Program-made: the position numbers and the translations under genes
The notes under the pieces: model-generated
The model's database searches: none
Told to the model about the DNA's origin: nothing
Seen by the model: the letters and a program-made list of their open reading frames with translations, nothing else
Shown here: positions 14,430 through 24,038 of the stretch, piece by piece
Layout of the letters: each line of letters opens with the position of its first letter
How positions within the stretch are numbered: position 1 is the stretch's first letter
Source: Bacteroidia bacterium
Lineage (GTDB): Bacteria; Bacteroidota; Bacteroidia; UBA4408
Direction: 5' to 3'
DNA: 64,000 nucleotides
NCBI GenBank assembly: GCA_043778625.1
Contig: JAYWFU010000128.1
Span: forward strand, 54,528 to 118,527

Positions 14430-14531
14430 AATTATTATTGTTTAGTTAAAAAATTAATGGTGTTAATTACGGTTAACGTAATAACGTAGTAGCTAAGTGG
14501 AGCAATATTAAAAAAGCTGAACAATTAGCTC

Positions 14532-15776
14532 TTACACTAACTGTTCAGCTTTAATACTTGTTTTGTTAAATTGGTCTTGTGCGTAAGCCAAGCTAACTTT
14601 ATAATCTTTAGTGCCTTTTTGCGAGGGTAGGGTGTACATTAAATCAGTTAAAATATTTTCGCAAATACCACGCAAACCACGTGCACCTAATTTGTTTTCC
14701 ATTGCTTTCTCCACTATAAAATCTAGTACTTCTTTATCAAACGAAAGCGCAATGCCATCAATGGCAAATAGTTTTACGTACTGTTTTATTATTGCATTTT
14801 TAGGCTCTAACAGTATTCGTTTTAATGCTACGGCATCTAGTTTATCTAAATTAGTAACACTAGGGAAACGCCCTACTAGCTCAGGTATTAAGCCAAACGA
14901 TTTTAAGTCTTGTGGCGATACGTACTGTAAAAAATTTTCTTTGTCGTACGCATCAGCGCTTGCGCTTGCTGAATAACCTACGCTTGCTGTATTTAATCGA
15001 TTGGATATTTTACGTTCGATACCATCAAAAGCACCACCCGCTACAAACAATATATTTTTGGTGTTAATTTGTATTAGTTTTTGCTCAGGGTGTTTGCGTC
15101 CGCCTTGTGGTGGCACGCCTACTACTGAGCCTTCCAATAGCTTTAATAAAGCTTGTTGCACACCTTCGCCCGACACATCACGGGTAATAGACGGGTTGTC
15201 GCTCTTGCGGGCAATTTTATCAATTTCATCTATAAACACAATGCCACGTTCAGCAGCTTTTTCGTCAAAATCAGCTGCTTGCAACAAGCGTGATAGTATG
15301 CTCTCCACATCTTCGCCCACATAGCCTGCCTCAGTAAGCACAGTGGCATCAGCTATAGCAAAGGGTACGTTAAGCATACGTGCAATAGTTTTGGCTAACA
15401 AAGTTTTGCCTGTACCTGTTTCGCCTACTAAAATTATATTCGATTTTTCAATCTCTACATCGTCATCGTCGCCTACGGTTTTAGTTTGATTTAAACGTTT
15501 GTAATGGTTGTACACCGCCACGCTCAATAAGCGTTTGGCACGATCTTGCCCTATTACGTATTCGTCCAGTTTCTCCTTAATTTCGGTAGGTTTTACTAAT
15601 TTAAGTGCATTAGCAGTAGCACCTTTCTTGGGTGGTTCCTCTTGCTTTACAATGTTATGGGCAGCTTCGGCGCACGAGTCGCATATATGACCCGTGCTAC
15701 CAGCTATCATTACCTTAACTTGTGAATTATCACGTCCACAAAAACTGCATTTAGTTTTTTTGTTGTCGGTGGCCAT
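14532..15776 (-). CDS. clpX: ATP-dependent Clp protease ATP-binding subunit ClpX
   Basis: CSFCG Zn finger, [37 protein letters not shown]. Confidence 0.98.
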   Translation of the reverse strand: MATDNKKTKCSFCGRDNSQVKVMIAGSTGHICDSCAEAAHNIVKQEEPPKKGATANALKLVKPTEIKEKLDEYVIGQDRAKRLLSVAVYNHYKRLNQTKTVGDDDDVEIEKSNIILVGETGTGKTLLAKTIARMLNVPFAIADATVLTEAGYVGEDVESILSRLLQAADFDEKAAERGIVFIDEIDKIARKSDNPSITRDVSGEGVQQALLKLLEGSVVGVPPQGGRKHPEQKLIQINTKNILFVAGGAFDGIERKISNRLNTASVGYSASASADAYDKENFLQYVSPQDLKSFGLIPELVGRFPSVTNLDKLDAVALKRILLEPKNAIIKQYVKLFAIDGIALSFDKEVLDFIVEKAMENKLGARGLRGICENILTDLMYTLPSQKGTKDYKVSLAYAQDQFNKTSIKAEQLV

Positions 15777-16453
15777 TATTTTTTAACGCGTGTTAACACT
15801 TCGTCCACCATACCGTAAGCTTTTGCCTCTTCTGATGTCATCCAATAATCACGGTCGCTATCAGCCCACACTTTATCGTACGTTTGACCAGAGTGTAGTG
15901 CAATAATATCGTATAATTCTTTCTTTAATTTTTGAATTTCGCGGGCTGTAATTTCAATATCAGTAGCTTGCCCTTGTGCGCCACCTAGTGGTTGGTGTAT
16001 CATTACTCGAGAGTGTTTAAGTGCTGTACGCTTGCCCGCTTGCCCTGCACACATTAACACTGCGCCCATACTTGCGGCCATACCTGTACATATTGTAGCT
16101 ACATCAGCATTAATGTATTGCATGGTGTCGTATATGCCCAAACCTGCATATACACTGCCTCCTGGTGAGTTAATGTATATTTGAATATCTTTTTTGGCAT
16201 CAGTACTTTCTAAAAACAATAACTGCGCTTGCACAATGTTAGCTACGTAATCGTTAATGCCTGTACCCAAAAAAATAATTCTGTCCATCATCAAACGCGA
16301 AAACACGTCCATTGATGCTACGTTAAGCTGACGCTCCTCAATAATAGTGGGCGACATATAGTCGTTGTAAACCGATGCATAACTGTGTAACGATGCGCTA
16401 CTGATGCCTTTGTGTTTGGTGGCGTACTTGTAAAATTCGTCGTGTGTGTTCAT
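15776..16453 (-). CDS. clpP: ATP-dependent Clp protease proteolytic subunit
   Basis: DVFSRLMMDRIIFL, YINSPGGSV, AASMGA, MIHQP. Confidence 0.98.
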   Translation of the reverse strand: MNTHDEFYKYATKHKGISSASLHSYASVYNDYMSPTIIEERQLNVASMDVFSRLMMDRIIFLGTGINDYVANIVQAQLLFLESTDAKKDIQIYINSPGGSVYAGLGIYDTMQYINADVATICTGMAASMGAVLMCAGQAGKRTALKHSRVMIHQPLGGAQGQATDIEITAREIQKLKKELYDIIALHSGQTYDKVWADSDRDYWMTSEEAKAYGMVDEVLTRVKK

Positions 16454-16504
16454 AGTGTGTTGTTTGGTTTTATGTTAGTTATAATAGTTGGTTGAATTGT
16501 AGAT

Positions 16505-16584
16505 CAAAAGTAAAATAATAACGGGAACAATTACACAATTATTTACCTTGATTTTTGATGTAAATAGTATTAATGTTATGTTTG
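16505..16584. promoter_or_regulatory. Divergent Bacteroidota promoters for clpP (-) and tig (+)
   Basis: TACTTTTG on - at 16505-16512; TATGTTTG on + at 16577-16584 with TTTG at 16554-16557 (19-nt spacer). Confidence 0.6.
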
Positions 16585-16625
16585 CACATCGTAAAACTAA
16601 CCTAACCTAACTAGCCACACACATA

Positions 16626-17981
16626 ATGGAAATTACACAAGAAAACCCTGATGCGTTAAACGCAATTATTAAAGTAAAAATAACGGAGCGCGACTACCAA
16701 CCACAGGTGGATAAAGCGTTGAAAGAAGCTGCTAAAAAAATGACTATGCCAGGTTTTAGGCCAGGTACCGTGCCCGTAGCTATGGTTAAAAAAACGCACG
16801 GGCGTTACATTTTATTAGAGGTGTTGAATAAATTAATTAACGGGCAATTATCAAACCACTTAGTAAGTAACAAATTACAAGTGCTAGGGCAACCATTACC
16901 AAAGGCTGACGACGTTATAGATATTGAAAAAGGCGGTAACTTATACTTTACCTACGAGGTGGGTATTGCCCCTCAAATTGAAGTAAACTTTGCTAACGTT
17001 GCTCCTGCTAATTACTATACCGTAAAGGTGGATGAAGATTTATTGAATAAATACAAAAACGATGTGTCGCGCCGCAATGGTAAGTACGAAAGCCCCGACA
17101 CCGTTGGTGCTAACGACCTTGTGTACATTGACCTTGTGGAACTTGATGCCGATGGTGGTGTGAAAGTAGGCGGTATATTTCAACAATCGACCTTAGCAGT
17201 GGATATGATTAATAGCGAAGCATTTAAAGCCGAATTAATTGGTAAAACTAAAGATGAAGTAGTAAAAGCTAACGCAAAAGATTTGGCTAGTAGCTCAATA
17301 GATTTGGCCAGTATGCTTAACATGGATAAGGCAGCTGCGGAGCAAGTTACGAGCGATTTTAATGTTAAAATTGGCACAATTAGCCGTGTAATGCCTGCTG
17401 AACTTAACCAAGATTTTTATACCCAAATGTATGGCGAAGGAGTCGTAAATAACGAAGCCGAATTTAATGCTAAAATAACTGAAGAGCTTGCTGGTATGTT
17501 TAGTAATGATAGCGACCGCAGACTACGCTACGAAATTCAATCGCAGTTGATAAACACTATTAACCCTAACTTGCCCGATGCGTTTTTAAAACGTTGGATA
17601 CTAGAAAGTAATACTAAAGAAAAACAAGTAACGCCTGAACAAATAGAAAAGGAATATCCTAACTACGCTAAGTCGTTAAAAGCCCAATTAATTGAAGGAA
17701 AAATAATGAATGAATACAAAATTAGTTTGGACAAAAACGAACTATTAAGTGTAACCAAACAATTAGTTAGAGACCAATACTTTAAAAATTCTACTGAAAA
17801 AGTTGAAGATAGTTTCCTAACCGAAACCGCCAATAAAATATTAGAAAAAGAAGAGGAATACCGCCGTGTAGCGGATATGGTACTTGATAGAAAGTTAGTA
17901 GCCTTGTACAAAGAGAAATTTCAATTAACTACTACTGAATTATCATACAACGACTTTGTTAAAAAAATGAACGAAGAATAA
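16626..17981 (+). CDS. tig: Trigger factor
   Basis: PGFRPG ribosome-binding signature, LPDAFLKRW; 451 aa. Confidence 0.95.
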   Translation: MEITQENPDALNAIIKVKITERDYQPQVDKALKEAAKKMTMPGFRPGTVPVAMVKKTHGRYILLEVLNKLINGQLSNHLVSNKLQVLGQPLPKADDVIDIEKGGNLYFTYEVGIAPQIEVNFANVAPANYYTVKVDEDLLNKYKNDVSRRNGKYESPDTVGANDLVYIDLVELDADGGVKVGGIFQQSTLAVDMINSEAFKAELIGKTKDEVVKANAKDLASSSIDLASMLNMDKAAAEQVTSDFNVKIGTISRVMPAELNQDFYTQMYGEGVVNNEAEFNAKITEELAGMFSNDSDRRLRYEIQSQLINTINPNLPDAFLKRWILESNTKEKQVTPEQIEKEYPNYAKSLKAQLIEGKIMNEYKISLDKNELLSVTKQLVRDQYFKNSTEKVEDSFLTETANKILEKEEEYRRVADMVLDRKLVALYKEKFQLTTTELSYNDFVKKMNEE

Positions 17982-17999
17982 TTGTGTAATATGCGTAAC

Positions 18000-18037
18000 A
18001 AAAAAGCACTTAACTAAATTAGTTAAGTGCTTTTTTT
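18000..18037. terminator. Bidirectional rho-independent terminator
   Basis: AAAAAAGCACTTAACTA-aat-TAGTTAAGTGCTTTTTT between the convergent tig and TrmH genes. Confidence 0.9.
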
Positions 18038-18163
18038 GTTTTAATGTGTTTTTTAAAATACTTTGTAAATGAGTACTAGAATGCTATCGCTAACTGAGGC
18101 TTGCACAAATAACATATGCAACATAACAATTAACAAAAATACAATTTTCATACCCTCAATTAT

Positions 18164-18685
18164 CTAACTATTAACTACGCTGTACAACGCCACTGACGTG
18201 GCCGTGGCCACATTCATACTATGGCTCATGCCCATCATAGGTATGTGCAACACTACGTGCGCCATTGCCAATGCCTCGGTGCTCATTCCTTTTTCTTCGC
18301 TACCCATTATTACTACTACTTTATCCAAGTGTTTAAAACTCATTTCGTTGAGCGGTAGGCTGTTAGTGGCTAGTTCAATAGCTACAATATGGTAGCCGTC
18401 GTTACGTAATTTTTGCAACACACCCACGGTATCGGAGTTAAACTCGTGGTCAATGTATTTGTGCGTATTACGCGATGCCCTGTGTACCTTGGTAGTAAGG
18501 TGTTGTAGCATGTGGCCTACCATGTATATTTTTCTAATGCCAAAGTTATCGCTTAGCCTAAATATCATACCTATGTTACCAGGGTCGTTAAGAGTTTCTA
18601 CCACTACCACTACCTCTTTTTGATGTAATACCACACGACGTTCGGCGTAGGTTATTTGGCGCGGATTAGCTATGTATTGATTCAT
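18164..18685 (-). CDS. TrmH/SpoU family RNA methyltransferase
   Basis: DPGNIGMIFR, GSEEKG, IPMMG..HSMNVA SPOUT motifs. Confidence 0.92.
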   Translation of the reverse strand: MNQYIANPRQITYAERRVVLHQKEVVVVVETLNDPGNIGMIFRLSDNFGIRKIYMVGHMLQHLTTKVHRASRNTHKYIDHEFNSDTVGVLQKLRNDGYHIVAIELATNSLPLNEMSFKHLDKVVVIMGSEEKGMSTEALAMAHVVLHIPMMGMSHSMNVATATSVALYSVVNS

Positions 18686-19775
18686 TTAAAGCGAGTGTTA
18701 TATTATGTAGTCCTTGTTCAAATTCGGTTTCAGTAGGCCAACCAAAGCCTATGCGCATGTAGGTGTCGGGCATTTCAAACCAATGGCCTGCACCTATCAT
18801 AGTGGCATATTTATTTACCAGTATGGTATAAAATTGCTCTATATTCACATTGGCTGTAATGCAGGCAAAACAAACCGTTCCGCCTTGTGGCACTACACAT
18901 TTAATACGTTTACTTTCGGTGGCTAACCACGTTTTAAGCACTTCAAAATTATGCATATAACGTTGTTGTATAGGTGCATAATACGCTTGCTTATTAAGCA
19001 TGAATTGATACGCTACCTCTTCGTCCAACGCTGAATTACAAATAAATATTTGCTCCTTAGCCGCTAAAAACTTTTCCATTAACGGTTTGTCTTGCGTAAT
19101 AAGCCAACCTAGCCTAATACCAGGTAAACCAAAGGCTTTAGATACCGACGACACACTAATAACTTTATTATTTAAAGTAGCTGCCAAAGGTTGCTTAACC
19201 GTAAAATTCAAATCGCGATAGGTTTCGTCCACCAACAAATATACGTTATGTTCTTCAGCTATTTTTACTAACTCGTCTATCTCATGTTGTGCAAGCACTA
19301 CGCCCGTAGGATTATGAGGGTTAGTTACGCTTATGTATTTAGTGTTAGGTTTTATAGCTTTGATAATTTCGTTGCGATTAATTTTCCAATTATCATCAAT
19401 ATTCAAATCAATAAACGAAATATGGCAACCTATGGCACGTGGCGTTTCAATATTGGTGGCATAGTTGGGGCGCACTACTATTAGGTGGTCGTCTTTGCTG
19501 AGTAGTGTGGTACTAATAATAAATAATGCCGAAGCCGCACCCACGGTAAGTAGTACATCGTTTTGCTGTAATTGCTTATAATCATTAATTATTAAGTTAC
19601 GCAGTTCGGGCTTACCATAATGGTCGGTATAGCACAGTACTAAATCGTTAATGTTAATATTAAGGTTTTTGAATACTTGATCGCTTACGCTACTCTCAGC
19701 AAGGTTGTGTTTAATGGTATTGTAGCCCAACTGCTCAGGCGATTCCATTTCTATTGGCATTCGTTTGTAGTTCAT
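18666..19775 (-). CDS. PLP-dependent aminotransferase class I/II
   Basis: NPHNPTG, DETY, SVSKAFGLPGIRLGW. Confidence 0.92.
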   Translation of the reverse strand: MNYKRMPIEMESPEQLGYNTIKHNLAESSVSDQVFKNLNININDLVLCYTDHYGKPELRNLIINDYKQLQQNDVLLTVGAASALFIISTTLLSKDDHLIVVRPNYATNIETPRAIGCHISFIDLNIDDNWKINRNEIIKAIKPNTKYISVTNPHNPTGVVLAQHEIDELVKIAEEHNVYLLVDETYRDLNFTVKQPLAATLNNKVISVSSVSKAFGLPGIRLGWLITQDKPLMEKFLAAKEQIFICNSALDEEVAYQFMLNKQAYYAPIQQRYMHNFEVLKTWLATESKRIKCVVPQGGTVCFACITANVNIEQFYTILVNKYATMIGAGHWFEMPDTYMRIGFGWPTETEFEQGLHNITLALNESIHS

Positions 19776-19896
19776 AATTATATTAGTGAAGTAATATGTT
19801 TTTTCAAATTTACTTAAAAAAAATCTTATATTAAATTCTACAATTATTTTACACTAAAATACACCTTTCAATCCTAATAGAATGTACTTTTATAGT

Positions 19897-20595
19897 ATGA
19901 AAAAAATAACACTATTATTTATATGCGTTGCTAATATCACTTTTGCACAACAATTTAACGCAGGCATAGTTACAGGTATTGCAGGTACTCAGGTAGAGGG
20001 CGATGGCTTAGGCGGTTTTCATAAAGGCGGTGCTGTGGCTGGTGTGTGGTTAAATTTGCCTTTACCTAACAAAAATTTTGCATTACAGGTAGAGATGCAC
20101 TATACTGGCAAGGGTGCTAAAACGCCCACACGACCACTGTTTCAAGACAGTGCCGCTAAGGGAAACCAAGGCTTTAACTATTTTTATTTAATGCGTTTAC
20201 ATTATATTGATGTACCGTTTTTGCTACAGTACCACAACAAAAAATTTACTTACGAAATTGGTACTGGTATTGGTTTTTTGGCTAGTGCACATATTTTTGA
20301 TACCTATGGCGAACTGCAAGAAGGTGCGCAGGGTAGCCCACAACATGATCCTTTTAAACGCTACGATTGGACAACTGCCCTAGGCATAACCTATGCCATG
20401 AACGACCACTGGCAAGGCAGTTGGCGGTTATGTAATAGCATAACTCCCATACGTACTTATGCTGTAAACCTAGCTCGTACCCAAGCTTTTGGAGGTTGGG
20501 GACAATACAATACCGTTATGGAATTTACACTCCGTTATTCATTTAACAAACTTATTCGCAACACTACTATACCCACATTAATACCCGCTAAATAA
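19897..20595 (+). CDS. Outer-membrane beta-barrel (porin family) protein
   Basis: Signal peptide MKKITLL...FAQ; alternating beta-strand pattern, Y..KGA, LHYIDVPFLLQY. Confidence 0.75.
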   Translation: MKKITLLFICVANITFAQQFNAGIVTGIAGTQVEGDGLGGFHKGGAVAGVWLNLPLPNKNFALQVEMHYTGKGAKTPTRPLFQDSAAKGNQGFNYFYLMRLHYIDVPFLLQYHNKKFTYEIGTGIGFLASAHIFDTYGELQEGAQGSPQHDPFKRYDWTTALGITYAMNDHWQGSWRLCNSITPIRTYAVNLARTQAFGGWGQYNTVMEFTLRYSFNKLIRNTTIPTLIPAK

Positions 20596-21165
20596 ATGAA
20601 TGCTCCCAAAATAGTAGTGGCCATAACAGGCGCTAGTGGTGCTATATACGCACAATTATTATTACAAAAATTACAGCAGCTGCAACATACTAACCAAGTA
20701 CAAGCGGTAGGAATTATAATGAGTAAAAACGCTAAAGATGTGTGGGAGTACGAATTGGGTAATACCAATTACGATACATTTCCATTTACGTTTTACGACA
20801 AAACAAATTTCATGGCGCCGTTTGCTAGTGGTAGTGCAGGTTACACCACTATGATAGTGTGCCCCTGCAGCATGGGTACGTTGGCACGCATAGCCCACGG
20901 CATAAGCGACGACTTAATAACACGTGCGGCCGATGTAATACTTAAAGAGCGTCGTAAACTAATACTACTAGCGCGCGAAACACCGCTAAACCTAATACAC
21001 ATTAACAATATGAAAACCGTAACCGAAGCAGGAGCTATTGTATGCCCCGCTACGCCTAGTTTTTATAGCAAACCACAAACCATAACTGAAGTTGCACTAA
21101 CAGTGGTAGATAGAGTTATGAGCCTAGCAGGCTTGCCTAACGTGGCATACACATGGGGCGAATAA
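20596..21165 (+). CDS. ubiX: Flavin prenyltransferase UbiX
   Basis: VAITGASGAIY, ASGS, PCSMGTLA, RAADVILKERR, RETPL. Confidence 0.95.
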   Translation: MNAPKIVVAITGASGAIYAQLLLQKLQQLQHTNQVQAVGIIMSKNAKDVWEYELGNTNYDTFPFTFYDKTNFMAPFASGSAGYTTMIVCPCSMGTLARIAHGISDDLITRAADVILKERRKLILLARETPLNLIHINNMKTVTEAGAIVCPATPSFYSKPQTITEVALTVVDRVMSLAGLPNVAYTWGE

Positions 21166-21188
21166 AATTTTAAATTAGTATTAGTTAC

Positions 21189-22163
21189 TTACTGCGTACG
21201 CTGCATTAACTGTGCAGCTAGTTGCAATAATTCGTGCTTACGCTCAAGGGCTACAGGTATGGTGCTAAGGTGTTGTAATGCTTTGTTGTAGTACATATCC
21301 ATTTCGGCTTCGGCAAGCTTACGTACGTTAAGGTAATCGTATACTTCGGTTACAGCTTTTATTTTTTCGGTAGGATTGTAGTTGGTAGTTTGTGTCCATT
21401 GTTGCAATACCTCTAACTGATATTTGTGCGCTACCTGCAACGATTTTAATAACAGGTATGTTTTTTTGTTAGCTAGTATATCCCCACCTACTTGTTTACC
21501 AAAGGTTTCAGGGTTACCGTACACATCTAATATATCGTCTTGTAGCTGAAATGCAATACCTAAATACTCTCCAAATTTATACAACGCTTGCGCATCTTCC
21601 TCTACCGCTCCGCCTATGTAAGCTCCTATCTTTAGGCTTGCACCCAATAGTACAGCGGTTTTAAGCCGTATCATATTAATGTATTGCGGAATAGACACCG
21701 TGTTTTGTGTTTCAAAATTCATATCTAACTGCTGTCCTTCGCATACCTCAAGAGCTGTAGCATTAAATGTAGTTAGGCATTGTGTAAGCACAGCACTAGG
21801 CGCACACATCATCAGTTGCATTGATTTTACAAACAACGCATCGCCACTAAGTATGGCTATGTTAGTATTCCATTTTTCGTGCACGGTGGCTTTGTTGCGG
21901 CGTAGCGGTGCATTATCCATAATATCATCGTGCAATAACGTAAAGTTATGAAAACACTCAATAGCCATAGCTGGTTTAAGTGCAGAAGTAACATCGTTAG
22001 TAAACAGCTGGCTACCCAACAATACCAATAGCGGGCGGGTGCGCTTGCCACCAAGGCTAACAATGTAGCGCATGGGTTCGTACAAATTATCAGGCTTGCC
22101 CTTTAGTTCAAGCGTAGTTATTTCGTGTTCAATTAATGCACTAAGTTCGGTGGCAGTACCCAT
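21189..22163 (-). CDS. Polyprenyl synthetase family protein
   Basis: GGKRTRP, LHDDIMD..RR, GQQLD, FQLQDDILD. Confidence 0.93.
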   Translation of the reverse strand: MGTATELSALIEHEITTLELKGKPDNLYEPMRYIVSLGGKRTRPLLVLLGSQLFTNDVTSALKPAMAIECFHNFTLLHDDIMDNAPLRRNKATVHEKWNTNIAILSGDALFVKSMQLMMCAPSAVLTQCLTTFNATALEVCEGQQLDMNFETQNTVSIPQYINMIRLKTAVLLGASLKIGAYIGGAVEEDAQALYKFGEYLGIAFQLQDDILDVYGNPETFGKQVGGDILANKKTYLLLKSLQVAHKYQLEVLQQWTQTTNYNPTEKIKAVTEVYDYLNVRKLAEAEMDMYYNKALQHLSTIPVALERKHELLQLAAQLMQRTQ

Positions 22164-22164
22164 A

Positions 22165-23103
22165 TTAAATAATATAGCTAGTGTTGTTTAATAATTTTTG
22201 TAAGCCTTGTTCCAGCGGTAATAAATCAGTGGTGAGCAATGTTTTCATTTTGCTAATATCAGGGCAACGCCTTGTCATGTCGCCCTCTTTAAGCGCAGCT
22301 ACGTGTATTATTTTAGAAGTTGATTGGGTAACACGTATAATAGTTTGTGCTAATTCTAGTATGGTAATTTCATTTTCGCCACCTACGTTTATAGTGTCGT
22401 TTATAAATTTATTTTGTAAAAAAGCAGTGGTGCAGGCCGCTATATTATCATCAATAAAGCAAAATGTGCGTGTTTGCAAACCATTGCCGTACACAATAAT
22501 ATCTTCGTTTTTAAGCGCAGCATTCAAATACTTACTTACCACAAAATCTTTGCTTTGCTTGGGTCCGTAAGTATTAAAAAACCTAAATATAGTATAAGGG
22601 AGCTTGTATTGTTGTTCGTACGAACGAATAAAAGCTTCGCCTACATTTTTAACAATGGCATAGGGCAAACGAGAGTTAAGCGGAGTAGTTTCTTCGTTTT
22701 GAGGAAACTCTACAGGTTCGCCATACACCTCGCTCGACGACGAATAAAACACTCGTTTTACGCCACCGTCTTTGCACAGAGTTAATATGTTTTTGATGCC
22801 TGTGATGTCATCTAACACCATAGTAGGATTATCCAACGTGCGCTTAACGCCTACCAACGCTGCGTAATGAAACACATAATCAAATTTATGGCTTTGGAAC
22901 ACAGGTGCTATTTGCTCCCACACATTTACGTCAGCCTCCACAAACTCAATATTATTGTATGTGCCAACGGGTATTTTAATATGCTCACCAGTTATAAAAT
23001 TATCCACTACAACAATTTTATAATCAGTATAGTGCGATAAATTTTCGGCAAGGCAACTGGCTATAAACCCAGCTCCTCCTGTAATAAGTACGGTTGTTGG
23101 CAT
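22165..23103 (-). CDS. NAD-dependent epimerase/dehydratase
   Basis: ITGGAGFIAS, SSSEVYG, YAIVK (YxxxK), FNTYGP. Confidence 0.92.
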   Translation of the reverse strand: MPTTVLITGGAGFIASCLAENLSHYTDYKIVVVDNFITGEHIKIPVGTYNNIEFVEADVNVWEQIAPVFQSHKFDYVFHYAALVGVKRTLDNPTMVLDDITGIKNILTLCKDGGVKRVFYSSSSEVYGEPVEFPQNEETTPLNSRLPYAIVKNVGEAFIRSYEQQYKLPYTIFRFFNTYGPKQSKDFVVSKYLNAALKNEDIIVYGNGLQTRTFCFIDDNIAACTTAFLQNKFINDTINVGGENEITILELAQTIIRVTQSTSKIIHVAALKEGDMTRRCPDISKMKTLLTTDLLPLEQGLQKLLNNTSYII

Positions 23104-23138
23104 TTAATTTAAGTTAAAAATACGAGCTGTAAAAAAAA

Positions 23139-23660
23139 TTATTTTTCTAATGCGTATTTCGAATTTATGAACGTTCCGTTTTTAACAATAATAGTATCGC
23201 CATTATTGGCTACCTTAAAACTATATTTACCCGCAACACGTTTTGTAGGCACGTCGGCACTAGTAATTTCAAGGTTTCCTTCAAACGAAATTAAATTAAC
23301 AAGTACACCATTACGAGGAAATTTCAAAAAGAACACACAATATTTATCATTGGCATTTAACGGATTAAGGTTGGTGTATTTACCCTCAGGTTTTTGTGTA
23401 TTACCTCGCTTTGCTACGTAGTTAGCACTAATGGTAGTGTTTAACGTACCTGTTTTTCCATTACTCATAGCTAATTCAAATTTTGTAACGGTATCATGTT
23501 CGGTGGTAAGATAGCACGCATTTAGGCTATCTACACCTCTAAACGCACGCCCATCAATAAGTGCAGCTTCATATTGAGGGAGCTCGTATTCGGGGGCTTT
23601 ATTTTTGTTACATGCTGTAATTATTACAAGCAAGGTTAGTAGTAATGTTAATTGTTTCAT
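23139..23660 (-). CDS. Hypothetical lipoprotein
   Basis: Lipobox ITAC; beta-rich, ends with the G.F motif common in Bacteroidota lipoproteins. Confidence 0.7.
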   Translation of the reverse strand: MKQLTLLLTLLVIITACNKNKAPEYELPQYEAALIDGRAFRGVDSLNACYLTTEHDTVTKFELAMSNGKTGTLNTTISANYVAKRGNTQKPEGKYTNLNPLNANDKYCVFFLKFPRNGVLVNLISFEGNLEITSADVPTKRVAGKYSFKVANNGDTIIVKNGTFINSKYALEK

Positions 23661-23665
23661 TGTGT

Positions 23666-23893
23666 TTAATCTTTAATAAGTGTACAAGTTATGGTTACTC
23701 CCGCTTCGGTTTTGCTCAATGCTTCGCAGTTAGCTTGTGCCGTTTTAGCTTCTTTTTTAGCAAGGTGTTTGTACGGATAGTTTTTTACTTCGTTGGTAAA
23801 CACTTTGTCTTTAGTAACGCACTGGCACGAATAGTCTTTAGAGCAACTACTTAGTGTAGCTACAGCAAGTAGTAATGGCACAATTATTTTCAT
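23666..23893 (-). CDS. Small Cys-rich lipoprotein
   Basis: Lipobox LSSC, then KDYSCQC and two more Cys; TATATTTG -7 box at 23934-23941. Confidence 0.7.
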   Translation of the reverse strand: MKIIVPLLLAVATLSSCSKDYSCQCVTKDKVFTNEVKNYPYKHLAKKEAKTAQANCEALSKTEAGVTITCTLIKD

Positions 23894-23944
23894 TGATTGA
23901 ATGGTGTTATTTTTTTTTAAAAACTAATATGCACAAATATAACA

Positions 23945-23976
23945 AATGCGGTTGTACTAGCAAGTACAACCGCATT
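23945..23976 (-). terminator. Rho-independent terminator downstream of the TPR lipoprotein gene
   Basis: Perfect 14-bp stem AATGCGGTTGTACT / AGTACAACCGCATT with a 4-nt loop and a T-rich tail on -. Confidence 0.75.
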
Positions 23977-24038
23977 ATTTAAAAATAGAATTATATAACA
24001 GAAAGTTAATTACAGACCATCTAAGACTTATTAATAAA

